From: Utricularia gibba
Lineage: Eukaryota > Plantae > Magnoliophyta
Length of the DNA stretch: 64,000 bases
Assembly (NCBI GenBank): GCA_002189035.1
Contig: NEEC01000007.1
Span: forward strand, 434,001-498,000
Reading direction: 5' to 3'
The notes below the pieces were generated by a model that had not been told where the DNA came from, ran no database searches, and saw only the letters and a program-made list of their open reading frames with translations. Position numbers and translations under genes: made by a program. Below, one piece after another: positions 63,130-64,000 of the stretch; position 1 is the first letter of the stretch, and each line of letters starts with the position of its first letter.

Positions 63130-63460
63130 CAGGCCCATGGGTCGAACTATATGGGCCGTATCTGGGCTCATATTTACAATATACGATGCGAATAATCCTA
63201 ATATCGAATTATATCTATTCGTTATTTTTTCAATATCTGTCGATTAAAAAAATAATTTAAATTGGGTTCACGTAATAATGATTGGGGTGGTAATTTGGAT
63301 TACTAGAACTTTAGGGGTCTTTAATGCAAATTATTGAAGAAACGTATATTACAATTCGGCCCACGATGGTTAGTTAGTTATGGTGGGTGGAGGAGGGAGT
63401 GAGAATTTCCCTCCATTCCAAAATTTCATACTCCCTCCCGAGTTTCCTTTCAAAACCCTA
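63130..63460 (+). promoter_or_regulatory. Site II motifs and telo-box upstream of the UBP gene
   Basis: GGCCCA/TGGGCC/TGGGCT at about 63132-63168 and AAACCCTA at 63452-63459. Confidence 0.55.
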
Positions 63461-63499
63461 CCATATCTTCTCCGCCAAAATCCTTCATTCCACGCCGTC

Positions 63500-64000
63500 A
63501 TGGTAATGCTGATCTCTGCTTCTCCTGGGTCTCCGGCGGAAGATAATTCGCCGATGGAGGATAATCGTCTTCACTCTTCATTGGCGTCGACATCTGAATC
63601 TCCAAATCGCGCATCTCTCGACGGTGTCTTTTTCTCTGATTGGTTTTCCCAAGAAGATTGCAAAACTGAAGTTGTAAGCCACGTTTAATTCGTTTTTTGT
63701 TTCTTAGTATGGCGATTTTTTTTCATTTCTACGGTCGGTGTGGTGTTGACTGGTGTGCGCCGCCTATTTTCCGGCTTGTTTATTATTTGAATTGTATCAT
63801 ACGCCACCGCGTACAGATTTTTTTTTTCTGTTCGTTTTTGCTGATTATTATGTATGTGAAATTGACAGGGGGCTGGGCTCGAAAATTTGGGTAATACGTG
63901 CTTTATGAATTCGGTGTTACAGTGCTTCATGCATACAGTTCCACTTCTTAATCAAATCTTCTCAGATGGGCGGTGCAAGCATTCTAATTGTAAGTCAAGT
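63500..64000 (+). CDS. Ubiquitin-specific protease, UBP20/21-like, 5' part only
   Basis: Exon 1 ending EDCKTEV|GT; exon 2 Cys box [23 protein letters not shown]; truncated by the window edge. Confidence 0.9.

Noticed and set aside
1-64000. CRISPR arrays, rRNA, transposase or retroelement ORFs, organellar inserts
   Set aside because: No regularly spaced repeats, rRNA signatures or RT/integrase/transposase motifs seen; all genes have nuclear spliceosomal structure.

Overview
Eukaryotic (eudicot plant) nuclear DNA, very gene-dense: 21 recognisable protein-coding genes in 64 kb (about one per 3 kb), with many introns of only ~60-90 nt and AT-rich spacers. This suggests a miniaturised genome; the species cannot be fixed from sequence alone. 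Gene order: auxilin-like J-domain protein, TCP2-like (miR319 site), F-box, delta-OAT, KH-domain RNA-binding protein, NAA38/Sm-like, NCED, GA2ox, RPL18a, DUF1084/TOM1-like membrane protein, LHCB1, SS4, AWPM-19, SH3P3, eIF4E, GDSL lipase, OBAP2, PEX4, alpha/beta-hydrolase, GPA1, UBP20/21-like (runs off the right end). No rRNA, tRNA, CRISPR or intact transposon was found. Main observations: (1) the G-protein alpha subunit has a Galpha-z-like P-loop (GSSDSGKS) plus non-canonical residues in switch II, switch III, G5 and the interdomain Asp; (2) a 61-nt intron in the hydrolase is bracketed by two synonymous copies of S-R-Y-S-L, which looks like intron gain by tandem duplication; (3) seven net -1 frameshifts at short homopolymers in six otherwise intact genes, most likely consensus errors but needing confirmation; (4) a dense ABRE/G-box cluster 3' of NCED; (5) a GOLVEN/RGF-like small-peptide ORF without an AUG; (6) non-canonical splice donors (two GC, one apparent GA). 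All homology calls come from recognising motifs by eye and from recalled family knowledge, not from database searches.
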